From the IMG/VR virus record IMGVR_UViG_3300045988_147030, positions 1 through 34,039 of that record: a stretch of DNA of 34,039 nt; one strand, written 5' to 3'. The translations under genes were made by a program, and so were the position numbers. The DNA is from a virus. Position 1 is the first letter of the stretch. Each line of letters starts with the position of its first letter. Under the pieces are notes generated by a model. That model searched no databases. It worked only from the letters and a program-made list of their open reading frames with translations, and was not told the origin of the DNA. Shown here one piece after another: positions 5,837 through 15,123 of the stretch.

Positions 5837-7034
5837 CGTGTCTGTCTTTGTTGAGTTTGAAATGATACTTTCTCTTAAGCTGGTCGTTGTGCCTATATCC
5901 GTCGTTTGCCACGAAGCACCGCCTGTCATCGTCATAATGGCAATATCTCAGCCACTCCGGACTCACCTCGTCCACGAGGTCGCGGATGATCCCGTAGGCG
6001 TTACGATGCTTCATCATGCCGAGGTAGCTGTTGACGCTTGAGAGAAAGCGCCCCAGCATGGACGGCCGCGCCATGCTGTTCCACAGGCGTATCTTCCTCC
6101 GGCAGTTCCGCGCGCACCTGTCGCTCGCGTATATCCTGCCGAACTTGATCTTCGCCCCGAGGAACGCCAGCCCCTTGCTGTAGTGCTGGCAGTAGCGCTT
6201 TCCCGGGTGCATCTTGTAGCCATATTCATTGAGTAGCATCCGCTCGCTCGTCGCCACATGAGCGAGTCCCGCCTCCTTGTTCTCCATCACCCACACCATG
6301 TCGTCCACAAACCTGGTGTAGGCCAGCCCACACGTCTCGACCTGGAAGCGGTCGAACTCCGCCAGGGCGTAGTTCTTCTCGACCTGCCAGAACTGGTTGC
6401 CGAGGCACGCGCCGCGGGACGGGTCGTTGTTGAAGACCACGCTCTTCCCGGCGGCCATGATGCCGCCCCATTTGCACTTCGGGGACCTCAGCCTCGCGTG
6501 TTCCTGCGGATACGCGTAGTTAACGCGCATCAGGATGTAAAGGAGGTCGTCCCTCTCGTCCCCGTCGACTATTTCCCTCTCGATCAAGCTCCGGTACGCC
6601 GTGTAGGAGCGGTCAAGGTCCGTTGACGGGAAGAACGACTTGATGTCCCGCTGTATCACGTAGCAGTCCCGGGTGTAGTTCCGCGACATCCTCCTGATGT
6701 CATCGCGCACCTTCCTGATCGCCCTGTCGCATCCGTAGCCCACGCGGTTGTTGAACGTGCTGGCCGTCAGTTCCGCCTCGACGAGCGGGCGCACCCTCAG
6801 GTCGAAGTGGTGCTGCAATATCTTCATCTGCATCAGGCACGCTATGACCTCCCGGGGTCTCGGCTCCGGATTGATGAAAGCATATAGAAAAGAAACAAGG
6901 GTGCGGTCGTTGAAATCCTCAAGCAGCCGCGCCAGGTCTCTCTCCCAGTGTAGCTCGAAATGCACGCTGTCCGGACTCCTGCGCTTGTTGGCGCGGCATC
7001 CCAGATAGTCGTCTATGAGTGTTTCAAAAACCAT
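5730..7034 (-). CDS. rt: DGR reverse transcriptase
   Basis: RT motifs DIKSFFPS, LGNQFWQ (at the DGR (I/L)GxxxSQ position), RFVDDMVWV, and HPGK...GLAFLGAKI. The TR ends 13 nt upstream of the start. Confidence 0.9.
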   Translation of the reverse strand: MVFETLIDDYLGCRANKRRSPDSVHFELHWERDLARLLEDFNDRTLVSFLYAFINPEPRPREVIACLMQMKILQHHFDLRVRPLVEAELTASTFNNRVGYGCDRAIRKVRDDIRRMSRNYTRDCYVIQRDIKSFFPSTDLDRSYTAYRSLIEREIVDGDERDDLLYILMRVNYAYPQEHARLRSPKCKWGGIMAAGKSVVFNNDPSRGACLGNQFWQVEKNYALAEFDRFQVETCGLAYTRFVDDMVWVMENKEAGLAHVATSERMLLNEYGYKMHPGKRYCQHYSKGLAFLGAKIKFGRIYASDRCARNCRRKIRLWNSMARPSMLGRFLSSVNSYLGMMKHRNAYGIIRDLVDEVSPEWLRYCHYDDDRRCFVANDGYRHNDQLKRKYHFKLNKDRHDDKTGNRGQKECPVLPRQGQGGETEGDGLRGGKDR

Positions 7035-7047
7035 ATTCCTTCAATCA

Positions 7048-7188
7048 TAATTCACGAGGGGAACCGCCACGTTCCTGTTGTTCAGGTTGTTGCCGCCAGC
7101 ATAGCCGTTGTTGCCGTTCGCGATCCAACCGTTATTCTGGTTGTAGCGGGAACAACTCCAGACGTTGCTGCTCCGAGTCCCATTCCTT
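7048..7188 (-). repeat. DGR template repeat (TR)
   Basis: The core 7053-7171 aligns to VR 7795-7913 with 20 differences, all at coding-strand adenines. The TR is AAC-codon rich. Confidence 0.9.
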
Positions 7189-7251
7189 GCTCTTACCTGC
7201 CGCATATGCGGAAGGAGGGTCTCCTTTATGATTCCGGAGACTGCCGGATCG

Positions 7252-7695
7252 TCACCCGACGCCGGTCATGCCCTTGTTTCTGTTTTTCATTATCGATTTC
7301 CTCCATCTTGTCACACCTTCGTCCAACTTCGCCAGACTCTCCATGATCCTCACCTTCATCTGGTCCGGAGTCTCGCCGGACCTTGTGTCCCGGACACTGA
7401 TGACGTTCCTGCCTCCGATCAGTCTGACCGTCCACATGAACACAGCCATGTTCGCGCAGAGCCTCTTCAGGTGGATCCATCTGTCCTCCTCGAAGTCATA
7501 GGCGAGCATGAACTCCCTGATGACGTCCTGGATCTGCACGACTGCCCTGTTCCCGTAACGGATGCGATCCACCTTGGTCATCATCATCTCCGCCCTTATC
7601 AGCAGGTCGTAAAGCTCCACCGCGTCTATGATTATCTGCGGCTGTTCCTTCTCTCCGGGCAGCAGGGCCGGCTCGTAATATTCGGATCTCGGCAT
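7252..7695 (-). CDS. avd: Accessory variability determinant (Avd-like helical bundle protein)
   Basis: 147 aa, helix-rich, with a basic C-terminus (RWRKSIMKNRNKG). It sits between VR and TR, as in canonical DGRs. Confidence 0.75.
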   Translation of the reverse strand: MPRSEYYEPALLPGEKEQPQIIIDAVELYDLLIRAEMMMTKVDRIRYGNRAVVQIQDVIREFMLAYDFEEDRWIHLKRLCANMAVFMWTVRLIGGRNVISVRDTRSGETPDQMKVRIMESLAKLDEGVTRWRKSIMKNRNKGMTGVG

Positions 7696-7728
7696 GACTT
7701 GATGTTTTTTTCGTTTTCAAATTTAACA

Positions 7729-7754
7729 GGGCGGCCGCGGGGACGCCGCCGCCC
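7729..7754 (-). promoter_or_regulatory. GC-rich hairpin downstream of the VR and target stop codon (DGR hairpin/cruciform candidate, possibly also a terminator)
   Basis: Minus strand GGGCGGCGGCG-TCCC-CGCGGCCGCCC pairs over 10 bp with one mismatch. It lies 11 nt past the stop codon. Confidence 0.55.
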
Positions 7755-7764
7755 AAGAGTAAGC

Positions 7765-9154
7765 CTAGGCCGCGCCTCCGGCGACGTTCAAAAGCACGAG
7801 GGGAACCGCCACGCCCCTGCTGCCCAGGACGTCGCCGCCAGCACAGCCGTTGCCGCCGCTCGCGATCCAACCGCCAACCTGGACGTAGCGGGAACAACCC
7901 CAGACGTAGCTGCCATTCCCCAGCGACGGGGCGCCGATGGCCTTCAGGGCCGAGTTTACCGGGTCGGCGTCGCGGTCGTTTGTGGTCGGATACCTCAGTT
8001 GTCCGACAACGCTGAACACCCTGCCGATGCCCGGAAGGACCCATTCGCCCTGCTTCAGAAGATCGTGGTCGTGCCCTAGGGTTGCCGCCAGCCTTGCGGC
8101 CGGGCTCGCGTACTTCACTTCGCCGTCCTGTCCGGCGTAGGTGATCCCTGCCAGATAGTACGTGTTCCGCTTTTCCGTGCCGTACTTGCTCTCGTCATAG
8201 ATTCCATACTCCGACGGACGTACAGACAGGAATCCCTCCATGAACTTCAGCCAGCCCTCCTCACCCTCGCCGTAGACGCCGCGCAGGAAGGCGCAGTGAT
8301 CACTCTGGTACTGCGACGTGCCGAGATATCCCGGAAGGCATATAGGATAAGAGACTTTTTTCGAGGTGACGTCCGACGCCGGGTTGTAGGTCGTGCTGGA
8401 GTTGTCGCCGCGGAAAAACGCCAATGCCCTCGGCCAGTTGGTTATCGTGCCCTCGCCGTTCCTCCTGCCGTTCCTTCGCGTCATCTTCGTTGTGTCAGCC
8501 CACTCAGGGGCGGTCGCGGCGGCCATCGCGAACCCATCTTTCGCCGTGTTGTACGAGGCTTGGAGATATCTTGTGTATGTGAAGTTCAGGGTGACGTTCC
8601 CCGTCCCCGTCGACTTCCGCGACCCAGTCCTGCGCCGTGAACGGCTCGTTCGCCTTGAAGTAGGCGTTGAGCTGCGCGACGAAACTCTCGGCGGTGGAGG
8701 CGTTATAACTTATGACGTAGTCGTGGTTCGCTGCCCATTCGTCGGAGGCTATCCTGACGCTAAGCGTGCCGGTTCTGTCCGTCCCGTCAAGAGTAAAGCC
8801 CGTGAGCTTCACGAACCACCTCTCGAGCATCGCCGCGGACGCGAACGTCTTGCTCATGACCGCCACCTCGCCGCGGAAGTCCGGGTGGTCTACGCCTATG
8901 ACGACCACGCCCACGACCTCGCTCCCTTCCTCCATGCCGTCCGATTTGAACGTCCCGGGGGCGATGAAGTGGAGCGCGTGCGAGCCGTCCAGCACGGCCA
9001 CGCTGCCTGTCCTTGCGGACCTGAGCCCCACCACCACGTTCCTGCCGTCGTACTTGCATTCATTGCCCGCCTTTATGAGGGACACCTGACTCTCGGATGC
9101 CCCTTTGGCGGTGTCGGCCTTGTAGGCCGCCTCTGTGTCGTAATATTTTATCAT
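7765..9154 (-). CDS. DGR target protein (receptor-binding candidate with a C-terminal lectin-like VR), interrupted by an apparent 1-nt frameshift near 8599-8602
   Basis: The N-terminal frame (ATG 9154) is protein-like up to ...WVAEVDGDG. The C-terminal frame is protein-like from NVTLNFTYTRYLQ..., which is upstream of its first ATG at 8526. The total length of 1390 nt is 3n+1. Confidence 0.7.
7790..7913 (-). repeat. DGR variable repeat (VR) at the 3' end of the target gene
   Basis: See the TR alignment. The invariant 3' segment GTGGCGGTTCCCCTCGTG is shared with the TR. Confidence 0.9.
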
Positions 9155-9168
9155 GATATATCCTATTT

Positions 9169-10587
9169 TTAAGCCTGTTTCCAATCCGCTACGGAATCAG
9201 CCCCGACGGCGTAGTACAGCCCGCCGGAAGCCGCGTCCAGATTGATGTAGATCTGCCCGACGAACGCCGGGATGCCGTCCCACGGGAGCCCCTCGGGAAG
9301 GTTCCCGGGAGTGTTCGCCTCGGCGGGCACGCCATGCCCGCGCATGACCGCCGGATACCGGCACTTCGTCAGCTCTGACACGTCAAGGGTGCCCACGGTC
9401 GCGTCGCCCAGGCGCCCGCGGCTCCCCTCCAGCGCGTCCAGACGGGCTGCGAGGCTCACTATGGCCTCGGCGACCGTGAGGTTCTTGCCGTCGACGTAGA
9501 GCTTGACCGCCTTGTTCTCCACGGCGTTCTCCGACGCGTCCGAAAGCTCCGCGTCAGGTGCGACGTTCTTCTGCGCGCCCGTCTCCACGCCGCCGAGCTT
9601 GGCCTTGTCTTCCGCCGTGTAATCATTGCTGGACAATCCCTTCCCGTCTACCTTGTCCACCTTGGCGTCGAGGTCGGCGGTCTTGGCGTAACCCTCAAGA
9701 CTCTGGTGCTCCGTGAGGAACCCGCTGTCGTTCTTAAGCTCGGAGACATTCGTGGGTATCTTCGTCGTGTCCGGCAACGCCCCCACCTCCTTCGCCGTAT
9801 ATGACGGCTTGGTGACGGCCTTCGCCCAGTCCGGCACGGTCGGGTCGGTCTCCGTATATCCCTGCAACGCGGAATCAAGTTTATTCTTGTCCTCGTCTGT
9901 GAAGTCGTTCGTGGACAAGCCTTTGCCGTTCTCCTTCGCCACCTTGCCGTCCAGAGCCGTGGTGACGGCCTCCAGATCGGCCGACGCCTTCTCCTTGGTC
10001 TGATAGGTTCCCGATGCGTGCTCCTTGGTCTCGAACTTCGCGTCCGCCTCCTCCCTGGAGTACATCCCGAGGTCCGAGGGTTTCTTGTTGCCCTCGAGCG
10101 TCACGCCGCCTATCGACGGGCGGTTCTCCAGCAGGTTGTAGTCCGTTATGCCGGAGACCTGCCCGACGCGGAGCGTCCTCGACCTCACGTCCACGGAGAT
10201 GTTCATGCCCTCCCCCGTGCCGCCCTCCGCTGTGGTTCCGAGCGACGCGTCGCCGCTGTCAGCGACGATCGCGAAAAGATTTCCTTCGAAAATCCTCCCA
10301 TCCTGACCGTCTCGCTTGAAAAGAATTTCCACGCCATACACCCCTGGCGCAAGTGTGACCCCGGCAAAAGTTGCGGTAACCTCGTCGCCATTGACGGACA
10401 CGCTTCTTGCGTCGATTCTGTTGAAAGACCGAACGAGTCTCATCCTTAGATCAGTACACCCGTCGAGGTTGAACGCGATGTACGTACCGCTATCCGCGTC
10501 ATAGATAGACGCCAGGGCTGTAACCGTAAGATCATTTCCTTTGACCATACGGATGTCCGGTAAATTATTATTATTGCATTGTTCCAT
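9169..10587 (-). CDS. Tail fibre protein
   Basis: 472 aa with repeated GKGLSxND(F/Y)TxEDKxKL fibre-repeat motifs. It lies downstream of the tail genes. Confidence 0.7.
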   Translation of the reverse strand: MEQCNNNNLPDIRMVKGNDLTVTALASIYDADSGTYIAFNLDGCTDLRMRLVRSFNRIDARSVSVNGDEVTATFAGVTLAPGVYGVEILFKRDGQDGRIFEGNLFAIVADSGDASLGTTAEGGTGEGMNISVDVRSRTLRVGQVSGITDYNLLENRPSIGGVTLEGNKKPSDLGMYSREEADAKFETKEHASGTYQTKEKASADLEAVTTALDGKVAKENGKGLSTNDFTDEDKNKLDSALQGYTETDPTVPDWAKAVTKPSYTAKEVGALPDTTKIPTNVSELKNDSGFLTEHQSLEGYAKTADLDAKVDKVDGKGLSSNDYTAEDKAKLGGVETGAQKNVAPDAELSDASENAVENKAVKLYVDGKNLTVAEAIVSLAARLDALEGSRGRLGDATVGTLDVSELTKCRYPAVMRGHGVPAEANTPGNLPEGLPWDGIPAFVGQIYINLDAASGGLYYAVGADSVADWKQA

Positions 10588-10611
10588 AACTTTTAATTAC
10601 TATCTTTGCTC

Positions 10612-10693
10612 CGTTAAGCGTCCACGGGATGCTACACATCGTTAAGCGTCCACAGGATGCTACACATCGTTAAGCGTCCACAGGATGCTACAC
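10612..10693. repeat. 28-nt tandem repeat, 3 copies (CGTTAAGCGTCCAC(G/A)GGATGCTACACAT)
   Basis: Units at 10612-10639, 10640-10667 and 10668-10693, with no spacers. The array is intergenic, upstream of the fibre gene. Confidence 0.9.
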
Positions 10694-10727
10694 CGGAAGC
10701 CCTGCGGCCTATCCGGTTTTTTTATTA

Positions 10728-13301
10728 TCAATAAACCAAACCAATCCATATCTCAGATCTCAAATGGCCGCTGCCTTTGGAAAACAACCTCACGTCTATA
10801 GGTGCCACGTCCGAATAAATATAGCGCGGCACATCGAGTATATTCATCGTCGTGTTCTCGAGCGTCTTGGAATTGTCCAAAAGAGCCGTGAACGCCGGAT
10901 TCACATATCTGATCGCAATTCCGAAGCGCTGCCTTATCGTCCGGATTCTTCCGAATCCTCTATCTGAATTAGATTCGGCCGTCCACTGCCCATATGTCCT
11001 CCCGAACAGCTCCGCCTGCGTGTGGTTACTGTCGGTCATGAACCGTTTGACGATGAATTCCCGGAGTTCCGACACCTCTATGACCGCCTTTCCTTTCGTT
11101 CCTGTCACGGTGAACGCCACGTGATCCGTTATCTTCTTGTCACCGAGTGCCACGAACCAGCCCTTGCGGGCGATGAACAACTTGTCGCCATGATGGTCAG
11201 TCCCACGTTTGGTCCTGTTGTAACGTCTGTACCGCATCAAGACAACCTCATAGGCCGTGGATGTCAGCAGCGGGTGTGACACAATTATTCTGTTGACGGC
11301 CCCCTGCTCGTTAGGTACCCCCCTCTTCATCTTCAACCGCGGTCTGGCCAGCAACCTCGCACTGTCATCAACCACAGCAGCGGCCTTTGGTATGCCGAAA
11401 GAGAACGCGAACTTCTTCGCCGTGTCCGGACCGCTCGCCGTCACCGACGCGGTCGGCGTAATTCCGTCCACAGCCGTCGCCGTTGCCGTCGGCGTGTCGA
11501 AGCCGGCGGCAACGCCCGGAGAGCCTGAACCGCCCGAGCCTGAAGACGAGCCTGAACCGCCCGAACCTCCGGAATTCTGACCGTACACGTCCGATGTTGT
11601 CAGTTCCGTATATGACAACGCCGCAGCCGGAAGGTTGAGCATCGACAAGTCTATCTCTCCGGAAATGAGGTTGAATGAATATTCCTCAACCAGATAATCC
11701 AAGTTATCAGCGGATGAATGGGCCGTCCTGACGAACTCAGGAAGCGTCCATGCGGTGGTTTTGAACATCATGATGCCGGACAACCTCAGCCGTGGAGTGG
11801 CTACTGACAACGCGTTGTCAATCGCCATAAAGGCGTTGAAGTCCTGCGCTGTGGCGATGGCCGCCGATGTGAACTTCTTCTCCTGAATTTTATTCAGACG
11901 CGCCTGCGCCATATCCGAACCGAATAGGAGAGTCACCTCGTCACCCGCCGTCCTCGCTGAATTATCCAGCACCACACGGGTCGACAAGCCGTCAGGGAAA
12001 TCACTTACCGCAAGCCTGACATCGGCCAGCCTTGCGGTGGCCGTCCAAACGGTGGAGCCGTCGCCCTCACGGACACATCTCGCGCTGAAGCTACCATATG
12101 ACGGAACGAACGCCGAGGATCCCACTTTATTAGGGATCGTGAAATTATAGGAATATTCGGCAAATTCAGATGATAATTCCTGCCCAATCGGATAATCATC
12201 GCCCGGATATTTGACCAAATAGCCACCGCTTTCATTATAATATATCGTTTCGCTTCCATCAGTTATGGCCAAACCCCACTTCAGCAACGTCTTTCCGACA
12301 AAAAAGCCTGAGTTCTTAGCCCTGAACGTCAATGTGTACCGCCTTCCAGCCGCCAGCTTGGTGAAAAGCACTCCTGCGATGCTGTCGATACGCTCCGGCT
12401 GCTCCGTCAATGCCCAATACGGTCTTGTCGTCAAATCCACGGTCGCGCCATACTCCGAAGTCCCCCACGTCGGAGTATCCCGAACGGTGATGACATTAGT
12501 GCTGTCGAATGTCTTTGACACATTGGCCGCGTGTATCTCCTCGCTTAGCGTCAACTCCTTCCGCGCCGGCTCGATCTCCACCGACAGGTTTCCAAACGGG
12601 AACATCTGGCCAGATCCTGCCAATGAGCTCAAACTGATATAGCTTATCCCGCTGTAATTGCTGACATCGGTCTCACGCAAAACCACCCAGCTGAGGGTGC
12701 CGGCATCAAGACGTATACAAGCGTGCAGACTTTCCAGAAGGCCGTCAAGGACATCATAATATGTGCTTCCGGCCATATCGTCCAGATTCACCGTCAGATT
12801 GATCAAACTCTCACCATCGCCAGACAACGAGCTTATGGCCGTTATATTCGTTATCCCCTGATTGGTCTTGTCGAGCAACAAAAGAAGCAACTCCCTGACC
12901 GTCTTGTCGCCCTGCTCCTTAAAATCGAAGTTTTTCAGCTCCGACAAATTGTCTGAAGCCGTAAGTGTTATGTCATACGGCACGTTGACCCACGGAGCCG
13001 AGTATAATTCAGGCGTGATAAATCCCCGCCAGACCCGTGCCGCTCCGAACTTGACCTCCACCCTGTACTGAGTTGGGTCGGAAGTGTACAGGTCTGTAAA
13101 CTCATCCTCAACAAGGCACTCCGCCGCCCATTGCAGCGACGAGCCAAGAATGTGGCCGGACTTCTCCCTCTTCAGGACGGCTTGGCCGCCCACTGCACGG
13201 CGGTAAAACGTGCCCGAATAGTCCTTCTTCGCCACGGAGATGGTGACCTCCGGGCCGTTGGCCGCGTCAAAGACAAACCTGTATAATTCGCCGTATGCCA
13301 T
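10728..13301 (-). CDS. Large tail tip/baseplate protein (Dit/Tal-like position)
   Basis: 857 aa, immediately after the tape measure gene, with an internal Gly/Ser linker. Confidence 0.55.
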   Translation of the reverse strand: MAYGELYRFVFDAANGPEVTISVAKKDYSGTFYRRAVGGQAVLKREKSGHILGSSLQWAAECLVEDEFTDLYTSDPTQYRVEVKFGAARVWRGFITPELYSAPWVNVPYDITLTASDNLSELKNFDFKEQGDKTVRELLLLLLDKTNQGITNITAISSLSGDGESLINLTVNLDDMAGSTYYDVLDGLLESLHACIRLDAGTLSWVVLRETDVSNYSGISYISLSSLAGSGQMFPFGNLSVEIEPARKELTLSEEIHAANVSKTFDSTNVITVRDTPTWGTSEYGATVDLTTRPYWALTEQPERIDSIAGVLFTKLAAGRRYTLTFRAKNSGFFVGKTLLKWGLAITDGSETIYYNESGGYLVKYPGDDYPIGQELSSEFAEYSYNFTIPNKVGSSAFVPSYGSFSARCVREGDGSTVWTATARLADVRLAVSDFPDGLSTRVVLDNSARTAGDEVTLLFGSDMAQARLNKIQEKKFTSAAIATAQDFNAFMAIDNALSVATPRLRLSGIMMFKTTAWTLPEFVRTAHSSADNLDYLVEEYSFNLISGEIDLSMLNLPAAALSYTELTTSDVYGQNSGGSGGSGSSSGSGGSGSPGVAAGFDTPTATATAVDGITPTASVTASGPDTAKKFAFSFGIPKAAAVVDDSARLLARPRLKMKRGVPNEQGAVNRIIVSHPLLTSTAYEVVLMRYRRYNRTKRGTDHHGDKLFIARKGWFVALGDKKITDHVAFTVTGTKGKAVIEVSELREFIVKRFMTDSNHTQAELFGRTYGQWTAESNSDRGFGRIRTIRQRFGIAIRYVNPAFTALLDNSKTLENTTMNILDVPRYIYSDVAPIDVRLFSKGSGHLRSEIWIGLVY

Positions 13302-13304
13302 AAT

Positions 13305-15122
13305 CTAAGTTGTATATCTCCTTCGGTTCGCCTCATTATTCAGCACGGCCACCAGCTTAGAACCATCAGCCTGAAGCGTGCCGGTCACGTGAAGGGTCAT
13401 CTCCCTCTCCCAGCTCCGGTCGCTGGAGCTGTTGTTTGAATATCCTGAACTCGCCACGGAGCTCGCCACATAGGAAGTTCCGGTCGCGCTGTTTATCGCC
13501 GCCTGGAGTCCTGCCTTGGCCGCCGCTCCCACCGCAATGAGGGCGGCTCCCGCCGCTATTGCCGTGTAAGGGTTGGTGAGCATAGACTTGAACGCCTCGG
13601 AGGCCAGACCGGCGGACACCATAATCTCACCCATCTTGATGGCGGCCTCCGCCAAAGGCGAAAGAAGCGCGCTCATCATCCCCGCTCCGCTGATCTCGTC
13701 AAGTCCGACCATACAGTTGGCCAGATACTGCAACGAGTCTGATATTCCGCCCACGATGGCATCGTTCAGCGCCTTGTTGGCGTCATCCGTGGCCTTGACC
13801 ATCTCGTCAAGGAAGTTGTAATAGCCCTTGAAGCTCTCAGAGAGCTTTGACGGGTCGATCTTGGAGAGAAGTCCGTCCACGGCGTCCGCATCAAACTGCG
13901 TTAATTCCTTGAGCCCCTTCAAGGCGGACTCGTTCAAGTCCATCCCGCCCATCAGGCCCTTGCCGTTGTCGGCGCGTCCCATGAGGCCGCCGGACATGGA
14001 CTTGAGCGGCGCGGCGATGTTGTCCATGGACATCTTCTCACGCATCTCCATCGCCTTCTCCATCTCACCGTTGAACTTGGCGATCTCGGCCGTTCCGGCC
14101 TCGACGGCCTTGTTGACCTTGTCTTTCCACGCCTTGGCTGTCGCCGCCGCGCTGTTGGCGATCTCGTTCTGCAGACTGGTCATCTCGCGAAGCTTCTGGT
14201 TGAGCTCCCTGGACGTGTCCTTGATCGCCGCGTAGGCATTCCGCTGCCTGTCCATATCCTCGACGGAACTGCTCGCAAGGTCATTCTGCGCCTTGATGTT
14301 GTCGGCAAGTTTCGTCTGCATCGCTATCTGCTCGCCGCTTATCGTCTTCTGCAATGCCATGGCGGCCGCCACGGCATCCAGCCGCTCCTTTGTCGTCTTT
14401 GATTTGTCGGAGGCGGTGAGCATCAGGGCCGCCACTTCAGCCAGCCCATCCTTCCACTCGATGGTCTTGTCCTTCATCGCCTCTGTGGTGTCGAATATCT
14501 CCTTTGCATAGACTTCGGCTTTGTCGGCCACCTTCTCCGCTGCATCCATTGCGGCCAGTACCTGCGATATATTTCGCATAGACTGCCTATCGCCGCCGAA
14601 TATCTGCCCGCTCAAAAACGCTCCACCAGCGGCTTTTGCCTGAGTCCACCACTTAGACCACTTATCTTGCGCAGACGCGGTCCATTTTCCAACCCCAGAC
14701 ATATCACCAGCGGCTTGGGCGAATGTGCTTTTCCACGCATCGGTCTGTAAGGTTTGTGCAGTTCCCTCAACCGTGTTGCGATAGCGTTCTGCTTCTTCAT
14801 TTAAGACCTTGAAAGCAGCGGTCAAACCAGTTAGCGCAATTCCCCCTATCGCTCCGGCGGCCACACCGGCGCCCAGCGCGATCTTCTGGAAGGCGGTCTC
14901 GCCCTGGGCCGAGAACCCCTTCATCAAGCCCGCCACGTTCTTGATCTTGGAGCCGACCTCCGTTATGGCACCAATCGGGATGCCCAACGAGTCCTCCACT
15001 TCGGCGGACATCTGCCCCACCGTCTTAGAAAACTCCTGAGTTGATCTCTTGGCCGCGGCCATCTCCTTCTTGAACCCGGAGGCGTCCGCGTCAACGCTGA
15101 CTTTCAGTTTTTTGCTTGCCAT
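13305..15122 (-). CDS. Tail tape measure protein
   Basis: 605 aa, Ala/Gly/Lys-rich and helical, with hydrophobic Gly-rich segments. It follows the chaperone pair. Confidence 0.8.
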   Translation of the reverse strand: MASKKLKVSVDADASGFKKEMAAAKRSTQEFSKTVGQMSAEVEDSLGIPIGAITEVGSKIKNVAGLMKGFSAQGETAFQKIALGAGVAAGAIGGIALTGLTAAFKVLNEEAERYRNTVEGTAQTLQTDAWKSTFAQAAGDMSGVGKWTASAQDKWSKWWTQAKAAGGAFLSGQIFGGDRQSMRNISQVLAAMDAAEKVADKAEVYAKEIFDTTEAMKDKTIEWKDGLAEVAALMLTASDKSKTTKERLDAVAAAMALQKTISGEQIAMQTKLADNIKAQNDLASSSVEDMDRQRNAYAAIKDTSRELNQKLREMTSLQNEIANSAAATAKAWKDKVNKAVEAGTAEIAKFNGEMEKAMEMREKMSMDNIAAPLKSMSGGLMGRADNGKGLMGGMDLNESALKGLKELTQFDADAVDGLLSKIDPSKLSESFKGYYNFLDEMVKATDDANKALNDAIVGGISDSLQYLANCMVGLDEISGAGMMSALLSPLAEAAIKMGEIMVSAGLASEAFKSMLTNPYTAIAAGAALIAVGAAAKAGLQAAINSATGTSYVASSVASSGYSNNSSSDRSWEREMTLHVTGTLQADGSKLVAVLNNEANRRRYTT

Positions 15123-15123
15123 A

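Noticed and set aside
5730-7034. RT as a retron, group II intron or Abi-type defence RT
   Set aside because: An adjacent TR/VR pair with adenine-only mismatches, plus Avd and DGR-type RT motifs, identifies it as a DGR RT. No msr/msd-like or intron RNA structure was seen.
9155-9184. N-terminal extensions given by the ORF track (also 3043-3051, 20924-20932, 22852-22860 and 28351-28392)
   Set aside because: These track starts are TTG or GTG codons translated as M. An in-frame ATG with better spacing to the upstream gene exists in each case.
10612-10693. Possible CRISPR array (28-nt direct repeats)
   Set aside because: The units are contiguous with no spacers. There are only three copies and no cas genes. 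It is a simple tandem repeat.
10693-10725. Hairpin plus T-run as the terminator of the tail-tip gene
   Set aside because: The T-run follows the hairpin only on the plus strand, whereas all neighbouring genes are on the minus strand. At best it is a bidirectional or antisense terminator.
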